Source of the DNA: Porticoccus sp.
Lineage (GTDB): Bacteria; Pseudomonadota; Gammaproteobacteria; Pseudomonadales; Porticoccaceae
DNA length: 64,000 nt
NCBI RefSeq assembly: GCF_002707685.1
Contig: NZ_PANQ01000002.1
Strand: one strand, 5' to 3'
In this document: positions 19,394 to 29,712 of the stretch, piece by piece
Position numbering within the stretch: the stretch's first letter is position 1
Layout: every line of letters begins with the position of its first letter
Made by a program: the position numbers and the translations under genes
Notes under the pieces: generated by a model
Told to the model about the DNA's origin: nothing
The model's database searches: none
The model's input: only the letters and a program-made list of their open reading frames with translations

Positions 19394-21544
19394 TCAGAAT
19401 GCGTATTCAATACCGACGGAGGCAGTGCGCGGTTTATTGGGGCGTGCGCCATCGGGTAGGCGGGAAACAATCTCCTCCCGGTCAAACACGTTGTCCACTT
19501 TGGCGTAGACCACCGTGTCCGGATTGACGCTGTAACGGCTGATCAGGTCCACTACAAACAGGCTGTCGGTTCTGCCGAGCCTCGAGCCATTGTCGCAACC
19601 GATATTGCTGCATAATCTGTCGGTGTATTTGGCGACCATGTAATTATTCCAGCCCATCGGGGTTTCAAGCCCGGCGCGAAGACTGAAGGTATTTTTGGGT
19701 ATGTCTGCCAGTCGGTCACCTTTTTCAAAACCGAGAGCCCCTTCATCTTCACTGATTTCAGCCTTGGTATAGGTGTAGGAGAGGTCTACCGGAATCATAA
19801 AGTCGCCGGCCTGGAAACGGTTGCCCGCAGTCAGCTCAATGCCCTGGATAACCGCTTCTCCGGTGGTAAAGCTGCCACTGGTATCGCCATTGCTGCAGGG
19901 GTTGGCAACTGAACAGTTTTCGGTTTTGTTGTCGAAGTCGCTATAGAAACCGATCATTTCGGCAAAGAAGCTGTTTTCGTTGAAACGGACCCCGGCTTCA
20001 TAGTTGATGCTGGTTTCCGGATCCTCGCGTTCCGAAGCACCGCCACCCAGGGGTGAAAAGCCGCGGTGTACCCCGGCCAGTACCTGCCATTGGTCGTTCA
20101 GGTCATAGGTAAACGAAACACCCGGCAGGAGCTCTTCTGAACGGTTGGATTTTTTACTGCTGATAGTATTGCGGGATTCATCCGTATAGCGCTCCTCCGA
20201 CGAATGCACTTTCTCGTAGCGGAGGAATAAATTCAGTGCCAGTGCGTCGGTAACCTGCCAGTTGTCCGTCAGCCAGAACGAGATGGCCTCGGCATCTTCC
20301 ACGCGATTGTCGCCACTGGATATCGGATTGGTGCTCACATAGACCAGCTTGCCATCCACCTGATCGTAGACATCTACCGGTTGCAGTCGATCCACCTCAT
20401 CTTCGTGGGCGCGACCACCGATGTTGAGCTGGTGTACACCCATGTCTACGGCAAAATTCAGTTCCAGGCCGTAGGATTCGTATTCGCGATCATTGTTTTT
20501 GTAGGTCAGGCCCGTCGTATCGGCGGTGCCATCGAGAATTGCCTGAGCGTTGGCATCCCCCCCGTTGGCCGCGTTAATCAGGGCGCTACCGCCGCTCAAC
20601 TTCAACCAGTTGCGGGAAAACTCATTGTAGTAGCCGGTGGCCGTCATCCGCACACTGTCGGTCAGATCAAGGTTGTAGATGGCGCTATAGCGCTTGTGCC
20701 GCAGGCTCATTTCATCCGGCAGGGACAGTCCGTAACGGCGTTTCGGGTTGTCCCGGAAATCGGCATCGGTGAGTCCGAGGTAGGTTTCATCGGATACTTC
20801 CTCGGAATACTGGGCTTTTAACAACAGACTCTGCCCCTCGATTTCCCACAACAATTTGCCCATGTAGTCTTCGATGTCATAACCGGTATCGCGACCGCTG
20901 CGGTCAATTTTTTTGAAGCCGTCTGCATCGCGCTGCACGGTTTCCAGCAGCCAACCGAAGTTCCCCAGTGCGCCGCCACCGAACCTGCCGCCATAGTTCA
21001 GATGCAAGTCCCGCATGCCGTCCTCACCGGCAGCCAGCCGCAACTTGCCGCTATTCTCCTCGGGGATCGGTGTGGATCTCAGGTTGACGATGCCGCCGGT
21101 GGTCTGGGGGCCATAGCGCAGCAGGGGCGCCCCTTTCAATACTTCAATGGAATCCATGCGCATTGTGGTGGGGAAGGAGTAGGCAGCTGGTCCCGCATAG
21201 GGCGCGGGTGCGATCATAATACCGTCTTCCAGCAGGGTGATTTTTGAGGAGCGCTCCGAGGTGGCACCGCGGATACCGATATTCGGGCGCAGACCGAAAC
21301 CATCCTCTTCGCGGATATAGATGCCGGGAACTGTTTTCAACAGCTGGTTGATGTCAGTGGACGCCTCGATAGCGATCTGCTCCTGATCAATCAGGGCGCC
21401 GGAGCCGGCGAGTTCCTGGACGTCTTCCCTGGAGCCGATGATAGAGATGGTTTCAATGTCGGTTCTTGTCTCGTCCACTGCCATTGCCACCAAGGGCAGT
21501 GTCAGTGAAGCGGTGAAAATAGAGAGAGAGAGTTTGTTGGCCAT
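19394..21544 (-). CDS. TonB-dependent outer-membrane receptor (FecA-like)
   Basis: Signal peptide, plug motif GLRPNIGIRG..SKITLLEDG, and C-terminal ..GIEYAF. Confidence 0.92.
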   Translation of the reverse strand: MANKLSLSIFTASLTLPLVAMAVDETRTDIETISIIGSREDVQELAGSGALIDQEQIAIEASTDINQLLKTVPGIYIREEDGFGLRPNIGIRGATSERSSKITLLEDGIMIAPAPYAGPAAYSFPTTMRMDSIEVLKGAPLLRYGPQTTGGIVNLRSTPIPEENSGKLRLAAGEDGMRDLHLNYGGRFGGGALGNFGWLLETVQRDADGFKKIDRSGRDTGYDIEDYMGKLLWEIEGQSLLLKAQYSEEVSDETYLGLTDADFRDNPKRRYGLSLPDEMSLRHKRYSAIYNLDLTDSVRMTATGYYNEFSRNWLKLSGGSALINAANGGDANAQAILDGTADTTGLTYKNNDREYESYGLELNFAVDMGVHQLNIGGRAHEDEVDRLQPVDVYDQVDGKLVYVSTNPISSGDNRVEDAEAISFWLTDNWQVTDALALNLFLRYEKVHSSEERYTDESRNTISSKKSNRSEELLPGVSFTYDLNDQWQVLAGVHRGFSPLGGGASEREDPETSINYEAGVRFNENSFFAEMIGFYSDFDNKTENCSVANPCSNGDTSGSFTTGEAVIQGIELTAGNRFQAGDFMIPVDLSYTYTKAEISEDEGALGFEKGDRLADIPKNTFSLRAGLETPMGWNNYMVAKYTDRLCSNIGCDNGSRLGRTDSLFVVDLISRYSVNPDTVVYAKVDNVFDREEIVSRLPDGARPNKPRTASVGIEYAF

Positions 21545-21595
21545 GGGTGATTCCGAAAATGATTTGGTTGTTAAAGTGCGCTTGTCTCGAAGTGT

Positions 21596-21626
21596 GATAA
21601 TGCTAATCCAAATGGTAACCATTATC
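21596..21626. promoter_or_regulatory. Fur box(es) upstream of the TonB-dependent receptor
   Basis: CCAAATGGTAACCATTATC (21608-21626) matches the Fur consensus GATAATGATAATCATTATC at 14/19. It overlaps an upstream GATAATGCTAATC. Confidence 0.75.
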
Positions 21627-21784
21627 AATTATAATCTGTCGAGAGGGCCCAGATTTTGAGAGCAGGGGTAAAAAGCAGGATTATTTTCGGTGTCAATTAT
21701 TCAGTAGGGTTGAATGAGAACCCGCCTGGAAAAACAGCAAAAACCCGGTAGAACCCGGGTTGATGGGGGGGTGAAGGACGTCTA

Positions 21785-22000
21785 TCAGTCAGTGGGTTTC
21801 CTAGTCGAGCAGGTATTAAAGCCCAGCAAGCTATAGACCGGACAATTACCTGCCAGTGCCGTGACAAGGGGAATGACACCTATCCAGCCCCAGGCCGTTT
21901 GTGGTCCAACAAATACCAGGGCGATCAAGACCAGTCCCACCACAAGCCGAAGCAGGCGATCTACGGTACCCAGATTAATTTTCATAATAATGTTCTCCAC
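21785..22000 (-). CDS. DUF2892/YgaP-like small membrane protein
   Basis: NLGTVDRLLR..GNCPVYSLLGFNTC pattern. Confidence 0.85.
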   Translation of the reverse strand: MENIIMKINLGTVDRLLRLVVGLVLIALVFVGPQTAWGWIGVIPLVTALAGNCPVYSLLGFNTCSTRKPTD

Positions 22001-22122
22001 GTTGTGTTCTATTGAGTATGGATGTCACGGGGCAATTCTGATTTGATGGTGATCAATCAGAGGGCAGGTATTCTCATGCCGGTCCGAACCCTCGTGTCGG
22101 TTGTGTGTTTAAAGGATAGACC

Positions 22123-22773
22123 ATGACGCGTTTTCGTTCGTTTCTTTGCCTGACGCTTCTCGGCGGACTGACCGTCGTGTTGCCCATTGCACTGCTGGCA
22201 ATGATCTTCCTGTGGCTGTTCGATCTGGTGGCAGGTCTGATCAGTCCCCTCACCGGCCTGTTGCGGGAGCAGGCCACGATCAGCGAATTTCTGGCTTTGC
22301 TGGTGGTGCTGCTGTTGATCCTGGGCAGTTGTTTTGCGGTCGGGCTGTTGATCAGAACCCGTCTGGGTAACTGGATGCACGGCCATATGGAGATCTGGCT
22401 GACCCGGCTGGCCCCGGGTTATCGCACTATCCGGGCGATCGTAACGCAGTTGCTCGGCGGTAGTGGTGAAACCACCTTGCTCAGCGGTCAGACCGCACTG
22501 GCAAAAATCTACGGCGCGGATTCACCGGTCACGGTAACGGCGATTGTGACCAGCCGTCACGGGGATGGTGCCTATACGGTATTCGTGCCCACTGCCCCGA
22601 TTCCGACGTCCGGGATGACCTACCACCTGCCCGCTGACTGTGTGCAGATACTGGCGCATGTCTCCGTGGAGGAGGCTATGCGTACCATTATCGCCTGTGG
22701 GTCGGGTTCCGCTGAAATGCTGGTCAGAAATGCGCGGGAAGCGTCGGAAAAAGTCAGAGATTACGAGGAGTAA
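22123..22773 (+). CDS. DUF502 family membrane protein
   Basis: GGLTVVLPI at the N-terminus, VFVPTAPIPTSG and VSVEEAMRTIIACG. Confidence 0.85.
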   Translation: MTRFRSFLCLTLLGGLTVVLPIALLAMIFLWLFDLVAGLISPLTGLLREQATISEFLALLVVLLLILGSCFAVGLLIRTRLGNWMHGHMEIWLTRLAPGYRTIRAIVTQLLGGSGETTLLSGQTALAKIYGADSPVTVTAIVTSRHGDGAYTVFVPTAPIPTSGMTYHLPADCVQILAHVSVEEAMRTIIACGSGSAEMLVRNAREASEKVRDYEE

Positions 22774-22850
22774 CAGACAGTTCTAACGGAGTGACCTATG
22801 CTGGGAGGTGTAGGAAACCATGATATGGCATCAGGTACTGGGGCGGAATA

Positions 22851-23510
22851 ATGATAGATAACAGTAACCCCGTTCGGGGCGGGCACCCGTGGTTGGCCCT
22901 GCTGGTGATGTCGATGTTTTTGCAGGCCTCCTGCTCTTCCGTCTCGCAAACCCGGGATGCCCTGCGCACGGCAGAGGTCTGCTGCGATGACTTTGCGGCG
23001 ATGTCCTTTCCCGTCATCCACTCGGTCAACCCATCGGATACCCCGGTCGTGGTCGAGCTGAATGATCGTTCACCGGTATACCCGTTCAGAACGGGCAAGA
23101 GCTATTTTTCGGCATATGCCCTCAGTCACGGCCAGCCGGGCAGCGATCTGCTGTTGATGTTCGCGCCGGGTCGGTTCAATGCCCTCAACAGCGGGACCTT
23201 TTGCCCGATAGTGACTTACCTGAACAGCCAGCACGAACCGATTGCAAGCGAGGATCTGGTGATCCGCTGGGTCTCGAGCGATAAATCCAGGACCGGCTAT
23301 TGGACAGCAGCACAAACGGTACCTGCGGCAGCGAGTTACCTGATTGTCCATACTTCGGATGAGATGCTGTCGCGTCAATTATCGATCGACGCCGTGACAG
23401 AAAATCAGACCATTATGGTGGGTTATGCGGTGGCGACCATACCTGTGACCCGCGCGGCGGGCTATCGGTGTCTGCCGGTTGGTGAGGTGCAAGTGATTCT
23501 GTTGGGCTGA
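22851..23510 (+). CDS. Putative lipoprotein, MalM-like
   Basis: Lipobox-like LQASC, CC pair, and SP..F..GKSYF.AY.L resembling the MalM family. Resemblance only. Confidence 0.45.
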   Translation: MIDNSNPVRGGHPWLALLVMSMFLQASCSSVSQTRDALRTAEVCCDDFAAMSFPVIHSVNPSDTPVVVELNDRSPVYPFRTGKSYFSAYALSHGQPGSDLLLMFAPGRFNALNSGTFCPIVTYLNSQHEPIASEDLVIRWVSSDKSRTGYWTAAQTVPAAASYLIVHTSDEMLSRQLSIDAVTENQTIMVGYAVATIPVTRAAGYRCLPVGEVQVILLG

Positions 23511-23545
23511 CTGTTACAGCCGGACGATAACCTGAACAATGTCAG

Positions 23546-23956
23546 GTGATGCTAGCAATGTCATATACGTTATTTGCCGATCTGATACTGATACTTCACG
23601 TGGGGTTTGTTCTGTTTGTAGTGGGAGGGCTGCTGCTGATTGTGCTGGGCAACCTGTGCCACTGGCGATGGGTGAACCGGTGGTGGTTCCGGTTGGCGCA
23701 TCTCGGTGCGATCGCCGTGGTGGTGGCTGAATCCTGGGCCGGGTGGGTCTGTCCGTTGACGACCTTTGAGCAGTGGTTGCGGGCCAGGGCAGGGGATATC
23801 AGTTACAGTGGCAGTTTTATTGAACACTGGTTGCAGGAGTTGCTTTATTACGATGCGCCTAACTGGGTGTTTCTACTGATTTACTCCCTGTTCGGGTTAC
23901 TGGTGTTGGCCAGTTGGTGGCTTTTCCCTCCGACTCCTCGCACTGGCAAAAAATAG
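23546..23956 (+). CDS. DUF2784 family membrane protein
   Basis: ADLILILHVGFVLF, CPLTTFEQWLR and FIEHWLQELLYY. Confidence 0.85.
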   Translation: MMLAMSYTLFADLILILHVGFVLFVVGGLLLIVLGNLCHWRWVNRWWFRLAHLGAIAVVVAESWAGWVCPLTTFEQWLRARAGDISYSGSFIEHWLQELLYYDAPNWVFLLIYSLFGLLVLASWWLFPPTPRTGKK

Positions 23957-24006
23957 CTGAGCGGGATTTACCGGTTGCTGTGATTAAAAAAAGAAAAGGA
24001 TTCCCT

Positions 24007-24408
24007 GTGATTACCGTTGCCACATTTTCCTTTCCCCATGAGGCACACATTGCCAAGTTGAAACTGGATGCCAAGGGAATTCCTGCATTTGTCGCCGATG
24101 AGCACACCATCAATATGCAGTGGTTGTATTCTTCTGCCATAGGCGGGGTGAAACTGCAGGTGCCGGCACCATTTGTCGAGCAGGCGACCCAGGCATTGGC
24201 GGAAGATTTCTCCGACCTGTTCGACAGCGACGAAGAGAATGACCGGGACCAGCTGAGCTGCCCGGCCTGTGGCGGTCAGAAGCTGACACCATTCATTCGC
24301 GGCAAAAAACCGGCCTTTGTGGTGTTTCTGTTGTTGGGGTTCCCGCTGTTTTTTTACCGGCGCGGTTTCAGATGCGATGTCTGCGGAACCTTTGTGGCGT
24401 CGCCATGA
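24007..24408 (+). CDS. DUF2007 (putative signal-transducing) protein with a C-terminal Zn-ribbon-like motif
   Basis: TVATF..PHEAHIAKLKL..GIPAFV.DE and AIGGVKLQV, with CPACG..CDVCG. GTG start follows AAGGA. Confidence 0.8.
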   Translation: MITVATFSFPHEAHIAKLKLDAKGIPAFVADEHTINMQWLYSSAIGGVKLQVPAPFVEQATQALAEDFSDLFDSDEENDRDQLSCPACGGQKLTPFIRGKKPAFVVFLLLGFPLFFYRRGFRCDVCGTFVASP

Positions 24409-24420
24409 GAGCTGCTGTGC

Positions 24421-26502
24421 TCACTGTTTGCCGCGCTTCATGTCTCTGATGATAAAGCGACCCGGGTGTATCGCCTGACGCAAATCCTGCTCCAGTGGTG
24501 GAACCTCACCGCAAATCTGACTGGCCAGCAATTCTGCGCACAGCGGTGCGTAACTCATGCCCCGGGAACCGTGGCCGCAGTTCAGGTACAGGCCCGGCCA
24601 GCAGGCGCCCGCCACCGGGATGTGGGCCCGGGCATTCTTTCGCAACAGGGCATAATCCAGCCGGTAGTGTTCGGCAATCGGTGCCGGTCCGGCGATAGGC
24701 AGGTAGTCCGGGGTGGTGCAGCGGAAGGCGGCACGGCCGTCGAGGTGGTTTGCATCCACAGGGTCAAACAGGGCAGCGGCTTCCGGGGCTGTTTTCTGCA
24801 ACTGGGCCAGGTTGTCCCGATGATCCTCCTCACGCAGCGTGGTGCAGGTTTCGCCAATATTGTAGGTGGCCCCCAGGGTATGGATCCCCTCACTGGCCGG
24901 GGCCAGATAGCCTTCGCCGCAGATCACCGCTTTGAGTTGATTGCTGTCCGCGGTGGCGGGCAGGCAGCTGATTTGACCGCGAATCGGTTTTAACGGCAGG
25001 TGTGCCGTCTGGGTAAATGCCGCACTGCCTGTGCCACTGGCAATCACGGCCACTGACGCAGTGGCTGACAGGGTGCCGTGTTGGTCATATGCCTGCCACT
25101 GATGCTGTTCATGGTGGAGAGTGGCGATAGTAGCCGTCTGGCGACGGATCAGTGGGTGGTCAGTCAGTGCCCGGCAGACAGCGACGGGTTTGATCCAGCC
25201 CAATTGGGGAAAGAACAGCCCAGCTCCAATGCCGAGTGATATACCGGCGATCTCATTCAGTTGACTCCCGGTCACCAGTGCAACCAGTTCCGCCGGATGT
25301 TGCCGGGCGAGCGCTTCAAACAGCGGCAGCTCATGCTGATCCTTCGGCAGAACCAGCACACCGCATGGGCTGCCGGTGGCTTCCTCCCCGAGAAAACGTT
25401 GGTGATAACGGCTGGCATGGAGTAATGCCATTAGGCCAAACCGGCTCAGAGGTGAGCGTTGGCTGGACAATTTGGGATAGAGAATAGCCTGCGGGTTTCC
25501 CGAACCTTCACTGGCCAGTTGGGGATGTTGTTCGATCAGGGTGACACTGATACCCCGATCGGCCAGTGATCTGGCTGTGGTGCACCCGGCAATGCCGCCA
25601 CCAATCACCAGGGCAGATGACGGAGGACTGAGTTGGGGAGGTAGATACCAGGGTGGTTGGAATTCCGCATTGTGGCTGGCTGGTTGCCAGTCAATGTCCG
25701 ATACGTCTGGTGCGATGGGTTCTGCCATATGCCCGCACAGCATGTGCAGTTTTTGGCCGAATCCCGACACTTTCTGCACTTCGAAACCGGCGGCCTGAAG
25801 GCCGCGACGAACCGAGCCGGCGGCGGTAAAGGTACTGAATGTGGTTCCCGGGACGCTCAGCCTGGCGAGGGTCTGAAACAGATCGTCTGTCCACATTTGC
25901 GGGTTCTTTGCCGGGGCAAAACCATCCAGGAACCAGGCGTCCACAACAGGGTTGTTCCGGGATGAAAAAAGTGGATGATCGCTCCCTGACAGACTGGCGA
26001 ACATGGTGTTGGCATCGCCGTAAAGCAGGGTAAGTACAATGCGCTTGTTGGCCAGGTAAAGCCGATGAATGCCCGGAGTCGGTGGTGGGTACTGTTCGAT
26101 AAGTGCATTGGCCAGCCCCGACAGCGTCGGCCAGAGGGATAAAGCCTGTTGTAGATCTGACCGGGATAAGGGATATTTTTCCGCAGAGATAAAATGCAGT
26201 GTGCCGCTGCTGATTTGATCCAGCCAGAGACTGGCGGCCGTAAGGAAGTTCAGGCCGGTGCCAAACCCGGTTTCACCGATGGTAAAAAAGGGGCGTGTAG
26301 AGATTGTCCAGCGCTGTGGCAGCCCGTTATGGTGCAGGAAGACATGGCGGGCTTCCGACAGGCCGCTGGTGCGGGAAAAGTACCTGTCATCAAAATCTGT
26401 GGCGTGCGGCTGGCCCTCTGCATCCCAGTTTATGGTCGCCCGTTGTAGCATATCTGCGGTAGGTTCAGGCATTGATAGGTCCGTAGCTGTGGCAGCGGCC
26501 AT
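24421..26502 (-). CDS. mnmC: Bifunctional tRNA mnm5s2U34 methyltransferase / FAD oxidoreductase MnmC
   Basis: ETGFGTGLNFL, DAWFLDGFAPAKNPQMW, IGGGIAG and GHGSRG. Confidence 0.96.
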   Translation of the reverse strand: MAAATATDLSMPEPTADMLQRATINWDAEGQPHATDFDDRYFSRTSGLSEARHVFLHHNGLPQRWTISTRPFFTIGETGFGTGLNFLTAASLWLDQISSGTLHFISAEKYPLSRSDLQQALSLWPTLSGLANALIEQYPPPTPGIHRLYLANKRIVLTLLYGDANTMFASLSGSDHPLFSSRNNPVVDAWFLDGFAPAKNPQMWTDDLFQTLARLSVPGTTFSTFTAAGSVRRGLQAAGFEVQKVSGFGQKLHMLCGHMAEPIAPDVSDIDWQPASHNAEFQPPWYLPPQLSPPSSALVIGGGIAGCTTARSLADRGISVTLIEQHPQLASEGSGNPQAILYPKLSSQRSPLSRFGLMALLHASRYHQRFLGEEATGSPCGVLVLPKDQHELPLFEALARQHPAELVALVTGSQLNEIAGISLGIGAGLFFPQLGWIKPVAVCRALTDHPLIRRQTATIATLHHEQHQWQAYDQHGTLSATASVAVIASGTGSAAFTQTAHLPLKPIRGQISCLPATADSNQLKAVICGEGYLAPASEGIHTLGATYNIGETCTTLREEDHRDNLAQLQKTAPEAAALFDPVDANHLDGRAAFRCTTPDYLPIAGPAPIAEHYRLDYALLRKNARAHIPVAGACWPGLYLNCGHGSRGMSYAPLCAELLASQICGEVPPLEQDLRQAIHPGRFIIRDMKRGKQ

Positions 26503-26558
26503 ATTATCAGTAGATCAAGCCCTTGGCTTGATCGGTATTTTTCAAACAGGAGAGCCAG

Positions 26559-26957
26559 ATGACGCAGGGTTTAAGTATGGATATTTCGATGATTTATATC
26601 GCTCTCAGCGGTCTGCTAATGGTAGGGCTGGCTGTGGATGTGGTGCGTGGACGTCTTAAATATCAGGTGGGTCTGGGGGATGGAGGCCACGAAGCCCTCG
26701 GTCGCCGTATCCGGGTTCACGGCAATGCCGTAGAATATCTGCCCATCGGGCTGTTGTTGCTGCTGGCGGTCGAGAACTCCGTCTCCAGTGGTTTGCTGGT
26801 ACATCTGCTCGGCGGTCTGTTGGTCTTCTGTCGGCTGTTGCATGCGTTTGGTTTGCGCAAGAGTGCCGGCACATCCCTGCCGCGCTTTATTGGCACGGCC
26901 GGTACCTGGAGCATGATGCTGGTTTCAGTCGGATTGATTCTGGCGAACAGCTTTTAG
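26559..26957 (+). CDS. MAPEG family protein (YecN-like)
   Basis: RIRVHGNAVEYLP motif with 3-4 TM segments. Confidence 0.88.
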   Translation: MTQGLSMDISMIYIALSGLLMVGLAVDVVRGRLKYQVGLGDGGHEALGRRIRVHGNAVEYLPIGLLLLLAVENSVSSGLLVHLLGGLLVFCRLLHAFGLRKSAGTSLPRFIGTAGTWSMMLVSVGLILANSF

Positions 26958-27043
26958 TCCCGGATAGAGTGGCAATGCTGTGAATTCGTGACTGTTAGTA
27001 AGCCGGGTGCACTGTCCTAACAGCGCCATCATCACTTTGTAGG

Positions 27044-27583
27044 TCATTTGCTATCGAGGTGAAATTCCCGGAGGATCTGGGCGCACCAGCGTTCAATGCG
27101 CTGGTCGGTGAGTTCAAACTGATTTTCCTCGTCTATTGCCAGACCGACGAAGTGTGTGCCGTCAGCTGTGAGCGCCTTGGAATCGCTGAACTGAAATCCT
27201 TCCACCGGCCAGAACCCCACGGTGGTTGCGCCCAGCGTGCAGACTTTTGCCCAGAGAAATCCCAGTGCGTCGAGAAACCATTCCGGGTAGCCGATCTGGT
27301 CGCCCAGACCGAACAGTGCCACTGTTTTATCGGAAAAATCGACGTTGTCCAGGGCCTCCCAGCAGTTTTCCCAGTCCTCCTGCAGCTCGCCGTAATCCCA
27401 GGTGGGAATGCCGAGTATCAACAGCGGGTAGTTTTCCATCAAGCTGACGGGGGTCTCTGCCACGTTGTACACATCCACCCGGTCTTCACCGAGGCGGGCC
27501 GCTATTGTCTCGGCCGCCATTTCGGTATAGCAGGTGGATGAGCCATAGAACAGGCCGATAGGTGCTTGAGTCATGGGATACAT
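27044..27583 (-). CDS. fldB: Flavodoxin (FldB-like)
   Basis: GLFYGSSTCYTEMAAE and GIPTWDYGELQEDW, characteristic of FldB. Confidence 0.85.
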   Translation of the reverse strand: MYPMTQAPIGLFYGSSTCYTEMAAETIAARLGEDRVDVYNVAETPVSLMENYPLLILGIPTWDYGELQEDWENCWEALDNVDFSDKTVALFGLGDQIGYPEWFLDALGFLWAKVCTLGATTVGFWPVEGFQFSDSKALTADGTHFVGLAIDEENQFELTDQRIERWCAQILREFHLDSK

Positions 27584-27650
27584 GTAATTGACGTTGAACA
27601 GGGTTCGATTCTACGGATTTTGTTATCACTGTGCATGCCCGGTCGGCAAG

Positions 27651-28901
27651 TCAGTGGTTTTCCAGACCGCTGTGCAATCCCCGGCGGTACGCGCTAATGG
27701 CGGGAATCAGTGCGATGACAAAAGTAGTGACAAATGCCAGTCCCAATGCGTTCAGGGTCGTGACGGTAATGATCTGGTCGCTGAGAAACAGGCCGTACCG
27801 CTCGCCGAGCATTGGTCCGGCTACCGTGAGAGCCCCCTTCAACAGGCCGACGGCAACGACGGCTCCGGCGGCTACCAGCAGCAGTGCCTCCAGTTCCAGC
27901 AACATCAACAGAGTCAGTGGCCGCAACCCGAGAATCCGCAACAGGGCAATCTCCCGCTGTCTCTGTTGCAGCGTCGATAACAGCATAGTTGCCAGCCCCA
28001 ATAGGGATGCAAACAGTACCAGCAGGGCGATAAAACCGAGGGTTTTTTCTACCCAGGACATCAGTTGCCACAATTCCGAAAGCGCCACACCGGGCAGAAT
28101 GGCCATCAGTGGTTCGTCTGGGTAACGATTGATTTCACGTTGTAAGCGAAAGGTGGATAACCGGTTGTTCACGCCGATCAGGATTGCCGTGACGGAGTCC
28201 GGCTCAAGGTCTTGCTCCTGCCCGGGGTTTGTGTGTTGGTGAGTAGCCACCCGTGTGCCGCTCTGCCAGTCGCGGTGGATACTGTCCAGGTCCTTTAGAT
28301 TAATGTGCAGTGTGCGATCTACGGGGGTGCCTGTGGGTTTGAGAATACCGGTCACCTGAAAAGGAGAATCCCTGTGCAGGGAAAAACTGGTGGCCGCCAT
28401 GCCGTGGGCCAGCACCAGACTCTCGCCAATCCGGTAGTTGAGCTGACTGGCGACCTCAGCGCCAATCACCACATCAAAAGGTTGTTCAAAGGGCTCCCCC
28501 TCGGCAAACCCCAGTGGTTGCTGATGGCCATAGCGGAAGTGCTGAAAGTAGGCATCGGTGGTGCCGAGTACCGGATATCCCCGGTGGGAGTCCCCCAGTG
28601 ACAGGGGAATTGCCCAGGCTACATCCGGTTTTTTTGCCAGTGTTTGAAAACTGTGCCAGTCGATATTGTTGGTGGCACCACCGAGACGGAACACCGAGTA
28701 CAACAGCAGGTTCAGCTGCCCGGTGCGCGGACCGACGATCAGATCCACCCCGGAGACAGCCTGGCTGAAACTGTGTTTGGCCTCTTGGCGGATATGACCG
28801 ATACCGAGCAGTACGAACAGGCAGATGGCAATGGAAAACACGGTGATCAGTGCCGTGGTGCGGCGACTCGCCAAACTGTGCAGGGCAATTTTAATCAGCA
28901 T
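27651..28901 (-). CDS. ABC transporter permease (MacB/FtsX type, ZrgC-like)
   Basis: PLSLGDSHRG, HGM..HRDSPF and TGTPVDR. Lies in the zinc cluster. Confidence 0.85.
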   Translation of the reverse strand: MLIKIALHSLASRRTTALITVFSIAICLFVLLGIGHIRQEAKHSFSQAVSGVDLIVGPRTGQLNLLLYSVFRLGGATNNIDWHSFQTLAKKPDVAWAIPLSLGDSHRGYPVLGTTDAYFQHFRYGHQQPLGFAEGEPFEQPFDVVIGAEVASQLNYRIGESLVLAHGMAATSFSLHRDSPFQVTGILKPTGTPVDRTLHINLKDLDSIHRDWQSGTRVATHQHTNPGQEQDLEPDSVTAILIGVNNRLSTFRLQREINRYPDEPLMAILPGVALSELWQLMSWVEKTLGFIALLVLFASLLGLATMLLSTLQQRQREIALLRILGLRPLTLLMLLELEALLLVAAGAVVAVGLLKGALTVAGPMLGERYGLFLSDQIITVTTLNALGLAFVTTFVIALIPAISAYRRGLHSGLENH

Positions 28902-29598
28902 GTTTGTCTCCTGACCGGTTTATCTCGGCAAGCGCTGTCACCCGCTGAAATTGCCGACCGAGGCTGTCGTCGTGACTGACAAAAATCAGCGTGCTCTGCC
29001 ATTCACGGGTCAGGGCCAGCAGATGCTGTACAAAGCTGTCGCGGAGTTGGCTGTCCAGTGCCGAGGTGGGTTCATCGGCAATCAGGATTTCGGGGGCATT
29101 GACCAGTGCCCGGACAATCGCAACACGCTGTTGCTGACCTGCACTGAGTCGTGTGGGGTGCTCGGACAGCAATTGCTCGTCCAGTTTCAGTGTGTCGAAT
29201 AATAGGCCAGAGCGCTCCAGAGCCGCGGCTGTTGTCGTCCCACCAAGCTTTGCCGCCAGTAACAGGTTATCCCTCACACTGAGGTAGGGAATGAGATTGA
29301 ACTGCTGAAACACCACCCCGATATGGGAGGCTCGAAAATGATCCCTCTGGCGGGCACTGCGCTGAGCCAGGTTGACCCCGAGGACTTGCAGTGTGCCGGA
29401 TCGGGCACAGAGCGTGCCACTCAACAGATTTAGCAGGGTGGTTTTGCCGGAACCCGAGGGTCCTTTCAGGAAAATCTGTTCACCTCGGGCAATTTGCCAG
29501 TGAGGGATATCCAGCACGGCAGTACGCCTGTTACCGGGATACTGGAAAGTCAATTGGTCAATGGAAACTGCATGGGTCTTGTCTGTGGAATTTTGCAT
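28891..29598 (-). CDS. ABC transporter ATP-binding protein (ZrgB-like)
   Basis: Walker A GPSGSGKT, LSAGQQQRVAI and ADEPTSALD. Confidence 0.92.
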   Translation of the reverse strand: MQNSTDKTHAVSIDQLTFQYPGNRRTAVLDIPHWQIARGEQIFLKGPSGSGKTTLLNLLSGTLCARSGTLQVLGVNLAQRSARQRDHFRASHIGVVFQQFNLIPYLSVRDNLLLAAKLGGTTTAAALERSGLLFDTLKLDEQLLSEHPTRLSAGQQQRVAIVRALVNAPEILIADEPTSALDSQLRDSFVQHLLALTREWQSTLIFVSHDDSLGRQFQRVTALAEINRSGDKHAD

Positions 29599-29647
29599 CG
29601 TTTTTTGGTGTCTGGGTGACGGCTTTACTGGTTTGTTTAGGCTATAA

Positions 29648-29664
29648 ATGATACAACATATCTC
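29648..29664. promoter_or_regulatory. Candidate Zur box in the divergent ABC-ATPase/DUF3299 promoter
   Basis: ATGATACAACATATCTC is 13/17 identical to the reverse complement of the site at 34479. Confidence 0.55.
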
Positions 29665-29712
29665 TTTTCGTTTTGCCAAAAATTTACCGAATAAGCAAAA
29701 AGGATTTACAGG

